Below, piece after piece: positions 39,609-49,378 of a stretch of DNA of 64,000 nt. The stretch's first letter is position 1. Each line of letters opens with the position of its first letter. The position numbers were made by a program, and so were the translations under genes. The DNA is from Fimbriimonadales bacterium (GTDB taxonomy: Bacteria > Armatimonadota > Fimbriimonadia > Fimbriimonadales > ATM1): NCBI GenBank assembly GCA_051003155.1, contig JBPCLO010000026.1, positions 160,001 to 224,000 of the forward strand. Reading direction: 5' to 3'. The notes beneath the pieces are model-generated. The model was not told the DNA's origin, ran no database searches, and saw nothing but the letters and a program-made list of their open reading frames with translations.

Positions 39609-40562
39609 TCAGTCTCCAGTCTCGGACCTTGCCTGTGCCAGCGCGATCAGGTCGCGCGGTGGGATGAACGTGACGTCCTCGTCCACCGTTGTGAGCACCT
39701 CGACGGTCGCCGAAGGCGATTGCCTCAGGAGCGCGCCCACGATCTCTTCGACCAGGCTCTCAGGCGTTGAGGCGCCGCTGGTGATACCGATCGAGCGGAA
39801 CTCCGCCCATGCCGGGTCGATCTCGTCCGGGTTCATCAGAAGGAACGCCGGCACGCCACACGATTGCGCCACTTCGCGAAGCCGATTCGAGTTGCTGCTG
39901 GTCTTTGAGCCGACCACCAGGACGAGATCGCACGCCTCCGCGAGGGCCTTGACGGCGATCTGGCGGTTGGTGGTGGCGTAGCAGATGTCTTCCTTGTGCG
40001 GCATCTCCAGGTGCGGAAACCGCCGCTTCAGAACCGACAAGATGCGCTCGACCTCGTCGACGCTGAGAGTGGTTTGCGTCACGACTGCGAGCTTCCCTTC
40101 CGGCACCTCGACGGTCTCGGCTTCCTCGACATTGTCGATGAGGATCATCTGGTCGGGCGCCTCACCCATTGTGCCTTCGGCCTCGACATGGCCCCGGTGG
40201 CCGATGTAGAGCATCGTGTAGCCTCTCGTTCCGTAACGGGCGGCCTCGCGGTGAACCTTCGTGACAAGAGGACATGTGGCGTCGATCACGTTGAGCCCGC
40301 GGCCCTCAGCGTCCTTCCGAACGGCCGGCGAGACGCCGTGCGCGCTAAATACGACCGTCGATCCTTCGGGGATTTCGTTCACGTCCTCGACGAAAATCAC
40401 GCCCCGATTCTCGAAGCTTTTCACCACCCACTCGTTGTGCACGATGGCGTGGCGGACGTATAGCGGTGCGCCGTGCACCTTGAGCGCAAGGTCGACGACC
40501 TCGATCGCGTACGCGACGCCCGCGCAGTATCCACGCGGGGCGGCGAGAATCACCTTTTCCAC
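39609..40562 (-). CDS. ispH: 4-hydroxy-3-methylbut-2-enyl diphosphate reductase
   Basis: PRGYCAGV, IVHN, SAHG, DATCPLV, ICYATTNRQ, SSNS. Confidence 0.97.
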   Translation of the reverse strand: MEKVILAAPRGYCAGVAYAIEVVDLALKVHGAPLYVRHAIVHNEWVVKSFENRGVIFVEDVNEIPEGSTVVFSAHGVSPAVRKDAEGRGLNVIDATCPLVTKVHREAARYGTRGYTMLYIGHRGHVEAEGTMGEAPDQMILIDNVEEAETVEVPEGKLAVVTQTTLSVDEVERILSVLKRRFPHLEMPHKEDICYATTNRQIAVKALAEACDLVLVVGSKTSSNSNRLREVAQSCGVPAFLLMNPDEIDPAWAEFRSIGITSGASTPESLVEEIVGALLRQSPSATVEVLTTVDEDVTFIPPRDLIALAQARSETGD

Positions 40563-40791
40563 GTTCTGAGGATACCGTGATTCTCAAGCGTGCAGGGATC
40601 GAATAGTCACACCTTACCGCCTAGCCGCAGCATCCGGCGAGGGGCCACGTGCCGCAAATACGTCGTCTCTCGACCCGCTTTGCCGGGTGCGTACCAGCCA
40701 CGACCACAGCGGGCTCAGCATAACTGCTCACGGAACCGGCTAGAGAAGGGCCTGCTAGCAATTGACGGGCAACACATGAGCCCGCGCCGAA

Positions 40792-41619
40792 TTATCGGAT
40801 GGCCGCTTCCAAGCCATCGAGCGGCGCGAGCCACTTGCCATCGGCGCTCAAAGCGTAACCGTCCAGCGGCTTCCACTGCGCCCCGGCTTTTATGCTGGCG
40901 GCTGCCAATGGAATGACGAACATCCTATCGCCATATGTGAAGGCGGCTGTCCCATGCTGCGGATTTGCGTTCAATGTGATCCCCCTTGCCGCGCACCACG
41001 CACGAATGGGAACGGACCGCCGGGCATAGTCGTCTTGCTTGACGCCGGTGATCGTGATGCCGTTCACCACAACGTTGCCAGAGGCGCGAAGTTCCGAACC
41101 AACCGCCGTTGCCAAGGCATCTCGGCAAAACCCCTCAACCGCGAGATGATCGCCAGCTTTGTCGCTTCCTGACCAAACTATGGCTCCACGCGGTCCGCTC
41201 CCACCATAGTGCAACGCCGCGCTGACCGCGTATCCGCCTAGGAAGATGTGGACGTTCAGACCTCCTGCCTCCGGATCGGCGGAGAATCGCGACTTATCGC
41301 CCGCAGGCAACAAGGACGGCCCACCCGAAGGGAGATTGTCGATCGTGCCCACTGAAAGCAAACCATTGAGCCTGTCGATATAGCGTTGCCGTCCTTCACT
41401 CTCGGTAAAGTCGATAAGCCAAACGGTGAGTGTCGCTCTTTCGCTGGAGTCGCGAAAGCTCGCTGTCAGAGTGTCTCTGCCCTCCATCGACTCGCGAACG
41501 ACCTGCTCGCTTAGCACAAAGCCCAGCGGGGCGATAAGGCTCGGGTTGAACATCGAGACCTCCAAGTCCGGCACCGGAAGTGACGTTAGTGCGGACGCCA
41601 AAAGAACCGTAAGAATGAT
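40792..41619 (-). CDS. Secreted hypothetical protein with C-terminal copper-amine-oxidase N-terminal (stalk)-like domain
   Basis: SVPIRAW...GITL...GKWLAPL; start uncertain (ATC after AGGAGG, or TTG 41601). Confidence 0.6.
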   Translation of the reverse strand: MILTVLLASALTSLPVPDLEVSMFNPSLIAPLGFVLSEQVVRESMEGRDTLTASFRDSSERATLTVWLIDFTESEGRQRYIDRLNGLLSVGTIDNLPSGGPSLLPAGDKSRFSADPEAGGLNVHIFLGGYAVSAALHYGGSGPRGAIVWSGSDKAGDHLAVEGFCRDALATAVGSELRASGNVVVNGITITGVKQDDYARRSVPIRAWCAARGITLNANPQHGTAAFTYGDRMFVIPLAAASIKAGAQWKPLDGYALSADGKWLAPLDGLEAAIR

Positions 41620-41770
41620 GAAAATTCCTCCTATTCCACCCCGGACAATGCCCAGCCTACCTCGCTACGAGAAACTGGCTCCGCTGGCAGATTTGGGTCG
41701 ATTTGCTGCGGCACCGAAGAGCGGATACACGCTCCAAGGCCCGACGATCGCTGATTCTTCCAGCTTACGC

Positions 41771-41808
41771 AACAAAAAGCGCCACCGTCACCGCTGGCGC
41801 TTTTTGTT
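41771..41808. terminator. Intrinsic terminator
   Basis: AACAAAAAGCGCCA...TGGCGCTTTTTGTT inverted repeat with A/T tails. Confidence 0.85.
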
Positions 41809-41822
41809 AGCCATATCGAAAG

Positions 41823-42809
41823 TTATTTGCCTTTCTCACGGGCGATGTCAAAGTCCTCTAAGACAGCCATGCCTTTATAGCCGACCACCTTGTGGACTTC
41901 GGTGCCGTCGTTCTTCAGCCAGCGGAGATCGGGGATCCCCCCAATGCCGAACTTCTCCGCGAGCGCTTGGTTGGTATCGGTATCGATGTGGACGAAAACG
42001 AAGTACTTGCCTTGAGCCTTGAACTCATCTGTCGAGAACACCTCACGAGTGTATTTCTTGCAGTACCCTCACCACTCGGCGCCGAAGTCGACGAACACCA
42101 TTCGGCCCGTCGCCTTCGCAACTTTCAGCCCCTCATCAAGGCTGTCGTACCACTTCGCCAGGTCGCCCACGGCGATATCGATCTTCTTCGAGCCCGCAGG
42201 CGGCGCGAACGCAAAAGCGGATTCGGCCAGCGGCTCGCCGTTTAGCGAGATCTCGGTGGCCTTGACGACGGTCTCGTCGGAATCCCCGGCGCGGGCCGCG
42301 CTGATCGAAGCGCCACGAGCCACACCGAGCTTGTCATCGATGTAGAACGACGCCTTCTTGCTCTTGATTGCATCGAGCGTGAAATCGACCTGCGTGACAG
42401 CAATGCCCTTCATCGAGAGCTTGCGCGTGGTCTTCGCGTCCGAGACGCCCTTCAACTGGTCAGGCATAAAGAACGCTGCCCAAGCCAGGAACTCGTCACT
42501 GTTGATCTTCTTGGCGACCTCGGCGATGCCGCCGGGACCTTCGGTGTATTCCTTGGAAGAATTGGTGTATTCCCATACCGTCTTACCGTCGGTCATCGTC
42601 ATGCCCTTCGGGTATTCGACCTTCACCATTCCCGGCTTCGAGTACGAGAGCCGGTAGTTCTCCGGCGCGGCAGGGATCCTTTGGACGGTGAATTCCACCG
42701 TCAGCGACTTCGCTTCATTCAGCGAAGACGCATGTTTTGCCAGCATTTGCGGCCCGGTGTTCACCTGCGCGAACAGTGCGGCGACGCCGGCTAAAGCGAT
42801 TATGCTCAT
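41823..42809 (-). CDS. Probable selenoprotein: signal peptide + LolA/DUF2092-like domain + thioredoxin with UxxC (TGA 42069-42071 = Sec)
   Basis: VFVDFGAEW-TGA-GYCKKY continues in frame to FVHID...FGIGGIP...TAA; GGAGG SD; terminator follows the true stop. Confidence 0.88.
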
Positions 42810-43126
42810 TCGGAACCTCCTATAAGGCTGTGCATTCGTTGATTATACACGACGGGGCGGTGAAGCTCTAGCTAATCCCGATCCGTCACTGGCGGCCCCG
42901 TGGCCTGGAAGTTCTTGACCCAGGATATTCTCAGCCGGTCCTCCGACATGACTGCGCTCATATCCACCGTGACGAATGTGATCCTTTCAGCTGCCCACGC
43001 GGCTTTATGGCTTTCGTCGATGTGTCGAAGCTCGCGAGGACGCCCGGATGGGACGACTTGCCACTGGTGGTCTTGGCTAACTAAAGCTTAGCCCTCCATT
43101 TGTTTCGCCCATGCCATCATAAGCTT

Positions 43127-44419
43127 GTGAACCCCAAGAGACTGCTCGGCGTAGCCCTGGCCGTTTACGCGCTCTTGGCGATCAGCTTCATTCACGAGAC
43201 CCCGTATCGCAAATCGGGGTGTTTGCTCACCCGGTTCTCAAAAGAGCGCCAGCAAGACATCGGCGCGCCTGACGAGAGACAGCACACGAACTACATTCGA
43301 CATCTCGCGCGCGAAAAGTCGTTTCCGATTTTTCGGCCGGGCTCAGAGAACCTTTACGAAACCTACCAGTCGCACCAGCCTCCGTTGTATTACCTCTTGG
43401 CAGCTCCCATCGAGATGGCGCTCTCGGGCAACGAAATTGCCGAGAAGTGGGGTCTGCGCCTCGTAAACGTCGCTCTGGGAGTCTTTGTGATTATTGGCAC
43501 ATTCACCGGTATTCGATCATTTACCGGGAACGAAGATGTTGCCGCTTTTTCGGCCTCTTTCGTCGCGCTGCTACCGATGTTCATTGCCTTGTGCTCCGCC
43601 GTTACCAACGACGTTCTCCTTGTCTTAATCGGAGTCATCCTCATGAACCTTATCGGTAAGGGATGGCAAACAGGCTGGCCGTTGCGGCTATGCCTTGTCC
43701 TGGGCCTAGTTTTGGGCATGGGGCTACTGACGAAATCGACGGCGGTTCTCTTTGTCTTGGTGGCGGTGCTCGGCATGGCCATCTCAAATCCCCGTCCGAA
43801 GCTCACCCATGCTTTGGCCGGCCTTGCTCTCGCAGCGCTGATTGCCCTACCATGGCTCATTCGAAACCAGCAACTGTATGGCGACCCGCTCGCCATCGCC
43901 GCCTTTCAGCAGGCGTCCGTTGGCAACTTGCCTTACGCCGAAGCGGTTGTCAGGGCCGACGGGGCGATTCCCTACTGGTTCTCGTATGTTCTCGTCCTTG
44001 GATTCCAAGGATTTTGGGGAGTTTTCGGGTACTTCGATATTTTTTTTCCGGCGGGTATCTATTGGCTGCTGGCGATTCTCGGCGGGGCCTCGTTTGTCGC
44101 GTTTTTGGTGAGGGTAGCGCGTGCAGAGTCGTCGGAAAGGTGCTATCACCTACTGTCGTTGGCCTTGATCGCGTGCATCGCGGCAGGCTTTGTCGCGTAC
44201 AACCTGTCGTACTTCCAAGCGCAGGGGCGCTACCTCTACCCTGCTATCTTCGGCTTCTCGTCGGTCGCCGGCTTCGGCATTTGGGAAATGGCACGCGGCA
44301 ATGTGCGTCGCTTTTGGCTGTTCGGCGGCGGATGGCTGGCCGTGCTACTTCTTCTCGACGTGTATGCTACGCAGTGGATGCTGCCGATTGCCTTCGACGC
44401 AATCGAGAACTGCCGCTGA
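43127..44419 (+). CDS. GT-C fold membrane glycosyltransferase (GT39/DUF2142-like)
   Basis: APDERQH, HQPPLYY, VTND, LLTK, AQGRYLYP. Confidence 0.82.
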   Translation: MNPKRLLGVALAVYALLAISFIHETPYRKSGCLLTRFSKERQQDIGAPDERQHTNYIRHLAREKSFPIFRPGSENLYETYQSHQPPLYYLLAAPIEMALSGNEIAEKWGLRLVNVALGVFVIIGTFTGIRSFTGNEDVAAFSASFVALLPMFIALCSAVTNDVLLVLIGVILMNLIGKGWQTGWPLRLCLVLGLVLGMGLLTKSTAVLFVLVAVLGMAISNPRPKLTHALAGLALAALIALPWLIRNQQLYGDPLAIAAFQQASVGNLPYAEAVVRADGAIPYWFSYVLVLGFQGFWGVFGYFDIFFPAGIYWLLAILGGASFVAFLVRVARAESSERCYHLLSLALIACIAAGFVAYNLSYFQAQGRYLYPAIFGFSSVAGFGIWEMARGNVRRFWLFGGGWLAVLLLLDVYATQWMLPIAFDAIENCR

Positions 44420-44425
44420 CGCGGG

Positions 44426-44510
44426 CATAATGACGGCGTGGGCAACACGTTCGTGCAACTGTTTCGAGTAACACCTTGGGGTGAATCACATGGCGGCCCA
44501 CACCGGAGCC
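44426..44510 (+). pseudogene. Diverged duplicate of the aroC -10 box and first ~24 codons
   Basis: MGNTFVQLFRVTPWGESHGG vs [20 protein letters not shown]; aligns with 45676-45759. Confidence 0.88.
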
Positions 44511-44769
44511 GGGGGCATTTTTGCCTTGAGTACCCCAACGCAGGTTCCACAAAGGAATTGTGGCATGATCGCGGCCATGAGAGCAGTTGGACTTACCAGT
44601 CTCCTCCTCGTAGGGGCAATGACCCCGCAAACACCGAAGTACCTTTCTATGGGGGTGATTCTGACTTCAGGAATGCGATGCATACAAAGGTGGTCTGCCC
44701 CCCGAATCTGAAGACGGGATCAGAGCAGTACCTGGCCGGGCAACGCGCAAAATAGCGCATATTATAGTT

Positions 44770-45435
44770 GTGAAAGGTGTAGCTACTCTCATCGTCTTGG
44801 CTGCAGCGGGCCTCAGCACCGGGAAGGCGGAGATTCTGTTCTACGGCGGCGACTACGACAATGTGAACGGGATGCGGTCGCAACGGGGCACGGATATAGA
44901 TGCGCGAGTCTACGATGACTTTTCGCTTTCGGAGCCGAGGGTGGTCACCGGCGTTTTCGGCAGTTTCTTCGCCATCCCCCGGTCGACAATGGCCTACTTC
45001 GAACTTCGTTCGGGGATCGAGCCCGGAAATGGCGGAACTCTGCTCGCGTCGGGATATTTTCCAGTCGAGGCGACCTTCCTGGGTGGGGGCTTGGGATTCC
45101 CCGTCTACAGGTTTTCCGGAAAGATTGCCCCTGTGGAACTTGCTTCCGGCGACTATTGGGTCACCATGGCGATGGTGAGCAGTCTGGACGGAAACTTTTT
45201 TCTTGCAACGACCAGCGGCGCCAACGGCATCGGCGGCCCTCTTCAAAATGGCAACAGCTTCTTCGACAGCACGACTTTTGGCTACGACTTCGTCGACGTC
45301 CAGGACTTACTCGGTCCGGGCCTATGGGATTTCTCCATCGGTCTCGAGGGCAGGCCCGTTCCCGAAGCGGCAACGATCGTGACGGTCTTGGCTGGGGTTG
45401 CGCTAATATTGCGACGGTCGCCGAAACCGCGATGA
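44770..45435 (+). CDS. PEP-CTERM protein
   Basis: Signal peptide, VYDDF, VPEAATIVTVLAGVALILRR. Confidence 0.88.
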   Translation: MKGVATLIVLAAAGLSTGKAEILFYGGDYDNVNGMRSQRGTDIDARVYDDFSLSEPRVVTGVFGSFFAIPRSTMAYFELRSGIEPGNGGTLLASGYFPVEATFLGGGLGFPVYRFSGKIAPVELASGDYWVTMAMVSSLDGNFFLATTSGANGIGGPLQNGNSFFDSTTFGYDFVDVQDLLGPGLWDFSIGLEGRPVPEAATIVTVLAGVALILRRSPKPR

Positions 45436-45687
45436 TCGAGCTCCACTGGCGATTTCACGTGATTCGGACCACAACCATGTTCAGCAAACCCTCGATTGTA
45501 ATTGCGCTTGTACTCGCAGCGAATATCGCGTTCGCAGGCGAGCACGACCTCGGATCTGGGTTTGAGCCGGTCGTTTCGGCGGATCGGGTTACGGCTTCCA
45601 ACGATTTCACAAAGCGCGTCCAAGTGGTGAATCGATTATGGATCCCTCCGCCCACGACCTCCAGCCCCCAGTCTTCATAATGAAGCC

Positions 45688-46782
45688 GTGGCCAACACGT
45701 TCGGGCAGGTTTTCCGAGTAACGACATGGGGTGAATCGCATGGAGGCGCGACAGGGGCCGTTGTCGACGGATGCCCACCGCTGCTCGAACTGAGCGAGGC
45801 CGACATTCAGCCCGACCTCGACCGGCGCCGCCCCGGGCAGAGCAAGATCGTCACCCAGCGAAAGGAAAGCGACACGGTACGGATTCTGAGCGGGGTGTTC
45901 GAGGGGAAAACCATCGGGACGCCGATCAGCCTACTAATCCCGAACGAGGACACGCGGCCCGACGACTACGTGGACATCCAAAAGAACTACCGGCCGAGCC
46001 ACGCGGATTACACCTACGAAGCAAAGTACGGCATCCGCAACTGGCAGGGCGGAGGTCGGAGCAGCGCACGCGAGACTGCCGGCAGGGTCGCGGCGGCGGC
46101 TGTTGCCAAGAAGTTGTTGCGCGAGAGGCATGCCGTCGAGATCGTCGCTTGGGTGAGCAAGGTCGGTTCGATCGTCGCGGATTGCGATGTGGAGACCGTT
46201 TCGCTACAGCAAGTGGAGGCAACGCCGATTCGCTGCCCCGACCCGGCTATTGCCGCCCAGATGATAGATGCGGTGGAAGCGATTCGAAAGGAGGGAAACT
46301 CGCTCGGCGGTGTTGTCACGTGCGCAATTAGGGGCTGCCCACCAGGGTGGGGCGACCCGGTGTTCGACAAATTCGAAGCCGAGCTGGCCAAAGCCATGCT
46401 GAGCCTGCCCGCGAGCAAAGGCTTCGAGATCGGTTCAGGCTTCGCGGGAACGGACATGACCGGTCTCGACCACAACGACGAGTTCTACATGGATAGCCGT
46501 GGCCGGGTTCGAACAAAGACCAACCGGAGCGGCGGGGTTCAAGGCGGAATTACGAACGGCGAGACCGTGTACTTCCGCGTGGCGTTCAAACCTACGGCCA
46601 CGGTTATGCGAGACCAAGCAACGGTGAACACATCCGGCGAGGATTCGACCATCAAGGGCCGCGGAAGGCACGACCCGTGCGTCCTGCCGAGAGCCGTGCC
46701 GATGGTGGAGGCAATGGCGGCCCTGGTGGCCGCGGATCGTGCACTGCTTCAGGCCGCAACCTCGTGGAGGGCGCCGCATTAG
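45688..46782 (+). CDS. aroC: Chorismate synthase
   Basis: [27 protein letters not shown]. Confidence 0.97.
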   Translation: MANTFGQVFRVTTWGESHGGATGAVVDGCPPLLELSEADIQPDLDRRRPGQSKIVTQRKESDTVRILSGVFEGKTIGTPISLLIPNEDTRPDDYVDIQKNYRPSHADYTYEAKYGIRNWQGGGRSSARETAGRVAAAAVAKKLLRERHAVEIVAWVSKVGSIVADCDVETVSLQQVEATPIRCPDPAIAAQMIDAVEAIRKEGNSLGGVVTCAIRGCPPGWGDPVFDKFEAELAKAMLSLPASKGFEIGSGFAGTDMTGLDHNDEFYMDSRGRVRTKTNRSGGVQGGITNGETVYFRVAFKPTATVMRDQATVNTSGEDSTIKGRGRHDPCVLPRAVPMVEAMAALVAADRALLQAATSWRAPH

Positions 46783-46899
46783 CTAACCATCTGTCACAAC
46801 CCGATCTAGCAGCGCGCGCTCCCACTACGTTCGGCACCGGGTGCGGCGGGCTCAAAATAGACCGGAGTTTCTTCGCATCTGGTACCATTTTGTCCTCCC

Positions 46900-46986
46900 G
46901 CCCTCGTGGTGAAATTGGTAAACACGCTAGTTTCAGGTACTAGTGCCCGCAAGGGCTTGGCAGTTCGAGTCTGCCCGAGGGCACCA
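46900..46986 (+). tRNA. tRNA-Leu (CAG)
   Basis: GCCCTCG/CGAGGGC acceptor, CTAGT-TTCAGGT-ACTAG anticodon arm, long variable arm, TTCGAGT loop, ACCA. Confidence 0.96.
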
Positions 46987-47014
46987 CTTGCAGTCTTCAA
47001 TCCGAAGCAAGCGC

Positions 47015-47779
47015 CTACTTCGGAAAGGCCCGCCTAAGCTCTGCGAGGTGCTCGTGGTCGGTCCAATCGAGGCGAAGCGGCGTGATCGACACGAAGCCGT
47101 CGTTGACCGCCTGAACGTCTGTGCCGTCCTGCGAGCTGTCCATGACCACGATGCCGCCTTGCCAGAAATAGTCGCGCCCCCAGGGGTCCGACCGCTTCTC
47201 GACCCGATCCTCGTAAATCCGCGTTCCCATCTTTGTGATCTTGGTGCCCTTGATCTCCGGCCAGGCAATGCTCGGCACGTTCACGCTTATCGCGCCATGC
47301 TCGCGAAACGGAATGTTCAATAGCCATGGCAGCCATTCCTTGAGCCAATTCTCCGCGGACTCGTAGTGCAGCGGCGCCATTTCGACGTACGCAGCGACTG
47401 AAATCGCTATGGAGCGGATGCCGTTCACCGCCCCTTCGAAGGCCCCCCCCACCGTTCCGGAATACGTAACGTCCCAACCTAAGTTCGGCCCGTTGTTGAT
47501 GCCGCTCAATACCAAATCGCAGCCTTTCGGAAAGTACTCGGTCATGGCGAGATTCACGCAATCCACGGGCAGGCCGTTCACCTCGTAGGCTTCGTAGCCG
47601 CCCTCAACATCGGCCTTTCGCACGCGTAGCGGATCGCGCAGCGTCATCCCGCGGCCACAAGCGCTTTTCTCCCGATCTGGCGCGCAAAGGACGACACGGC
47701 CGTACGCCGCGGCGACCCGTGCGAGCGCATGCAACCCGGGCGCGCGCACGCCGTCGTCGTTGGTGAGGAGGATTTGCAC
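47015..47779 (-). CDS. surE: 5'/3'-nucleotidase SurE
   Basis: ILLTNDDG, SGINNGPNLG, YSGTVG, SITPL. Confidence 0.96.
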   Translation of the reverse strand: MQILLTNDDGVRAPGLHALARVAAAYGRVVLCAPDREKSACGRGMTLRDPLRVRKADVEGGYEAYEVNGLPVDCVNLAMTEYFPKGCDLVLSGINNGPNLGWDVTYSGTVGGAFEGAVNGIRSIAISVAAYVEMAPLHYESAENWLKEWLPWLLNIPFREHGAISVNVPSIAWPEIKGTKITKMGTRIYEDRVEKRSDPWGRDYFWQGGIVVMDSSQDGTDVQAVNDGFVSITPLRLDWTDHEHLAELRRAFPK

Positions 47780-48031
47780 TATGAGCCAAGTTTACCGATG
47801 TCGTCAGAAGTCACAACTTGCCGCGAGCCAGCATTGCCCGTATCCCGAACGGTGTTATTGGATAAGCGTTTTCCTGAAGGCCGTGAAGTCGGGTTTCTTG
47901 GATTATCGACTACCTCGGAGGTTGAAGCGGTCATCCTTCCAGGATCGGACTCTAGCCTGAATACTTCCCCTGTTGTTGCCGGTCCTGCGCGCGGCCCGCA
48001 TAACGTTTCCAAGCTGCAGGGCAGGCTTCCT

Positions 48032-49378
48032 CTACTCGGCTCCGGACAGTTCGAACTCTTCGTGGAGCATGCGCACGGCCCTGTCGGTATCTGATTCCGG
48101 CACAAGCACAGAGACTGAAAGCGAGCTGTCGCTTGTCTGGATTATATTGATGCTTCCACGTTGCAACGTCTCCGCGACGCGAAGGAAGATCCCCGGCTGC
48201 TGAAGGTACTCGTGCGCGATCATTGAGACGAGGGCACAATTCTCCGTCAGCAACGCGGTGCATTTACAGATTTCCCTCTCGCCGGACCGCAGCATTTGCT
48301 CTTGTGCCGATACTTCCGTTGAGCTTGCGCGGCCAACCTGAACGATGTAGGTCTTATCGTCGCCGATCGGGATTACGATCCCGTCTAGGATTTCCTTGAC
48401 CTTGGCCAGTTGCTTTCTTGGCACCGCGAACGCGAAGCTGTTTTCGTGCGTGTTGAGCATAAACAGGTTCACGCGGTGATTCGCCATCAGCTTATAAACG
48501 TTGTGCTCGAGCGTGCGCTTATCGTCCTCCGAGGAAACTTCAAAGTGCAGGTAGACCAGCTTGCCGGTGTGCGTTACGCCTGTGACGCGGCGGCCGGGGA
48601 ACTCGTCCTGGCTCACGATCTCGGTGCCGACCTCTTCGGTGAAGGTGCTCTTGACCCAGAGCGGGATGTCGTACTTCATGGCGATCTCAGCAGCACGCGG
48701 ATGCAGAACTTTTGCTCCCTGATGGGCGATTTCTGCTACTTCATCGTAGGTCATCTTGCGCAAGGTCGGTGCATCGGGCACGGAGGACGGATCGGCTGTT
48801 TTAACTCCGTCGACGTCGGTGTAAATCTCGATTGCTTCGGCCCTCAGAGCCGCGCCAAGCGCGCTTGCCGTAGTGTCGCTGCCACCGCGCCCCAACGTCG
48901 TTATCTCGCCATAAACCGACCCGTTTGCGGGCTTTGAGCGGCCTTGGAAGCCGCACACGACGGGGACTCGCCCCAATTCGACGACTCGCCAGATATCGTC
49001 GGGCTGGACTTCGATTATGCGCGCGTTGCCATGTGTGCTGTCGGTTACCAACCCTGCCTGTCCGCCGGTCATCGCGCTTGCGAGCTGGCCCAAGGACTTC
49101 AGGGTTTGAGCGAACACGCACGTAGACATGATCTCGCCACAGCAGAGCATGAGGTCCATTTCGCGTTCGTCATACGGCACCAACGGATCGATATCGGTGA
49201 GGAGTGACAGTAGCGTGTCTGTGGCGTAAGGCTCGCCTTTGCGTCCGATCGCGCTCACCACGACAACCGGTGAGAAGCCGTTTTCCGCGGCAGTGACCAC
49301 CTTGCGGGCGGCCATGAGCCTGCTTTCGGGTGTGGCGACGCTGGTTCCGCCGAACTTCATTACGACGATTCGCCTCAC
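48032..49378 (-). CDS. Aspartate kinase
   Basis: KFGGTSV, TTLGRGGSDTTA, TDVDG, GAKVLHPR, ACT domains. Confidence 0.94.
   Translation of the reverse strand: MRRIVVMKFGGTSVATPESRLMAARKVVTAAENGFSPVVVVSAIGRKGEPYATDTLLSLLTDIDPLVPYDEREMDLMLCCGEIMSTCVFAQTLKSLGQLASAMTGGQAGLVTDSTHGNARIIEVQPDDIWRVVELGRVPVVCGFQGRSKPANGSVYGEITTLGRGGSDTTASALGAALRAEAIEIYTDVDGVKTADPSSVPDAPTLRKMTYDEVAEIAHQGAKVLHPRAAEIAMKYDIPLWVKSTFTEEVGTEIVSQDEFPGRRVTGVTHTGKLVYLHFEVSSEDDKRTLEHNVYKLMANHRVNLFMLNTHENSFAFAVPRKQLAKVKEILDGIVIPIGDDKTYIVQVGRASSTEVSAQEQMLRSGEREICKCTALLTENCALVSMIAHEYLQQPGIFLRVAETLQRGSINIIQTSDSSLSVSVLVPESDTDRAVRMLHEEFELSGAE

Noticed and set aside
42860..43095. Open stretch on the minus strand upstream of the selenoprotein gene
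   Set aside because: No convincing start or motif; at most a gene fragment
47800..48030. Possible 6S or other ncRNA between surE and aspartokinase
   Set aside because: Some helices can be drawn by hand but no convincing long rod with a central bubble; needs an Rfam search
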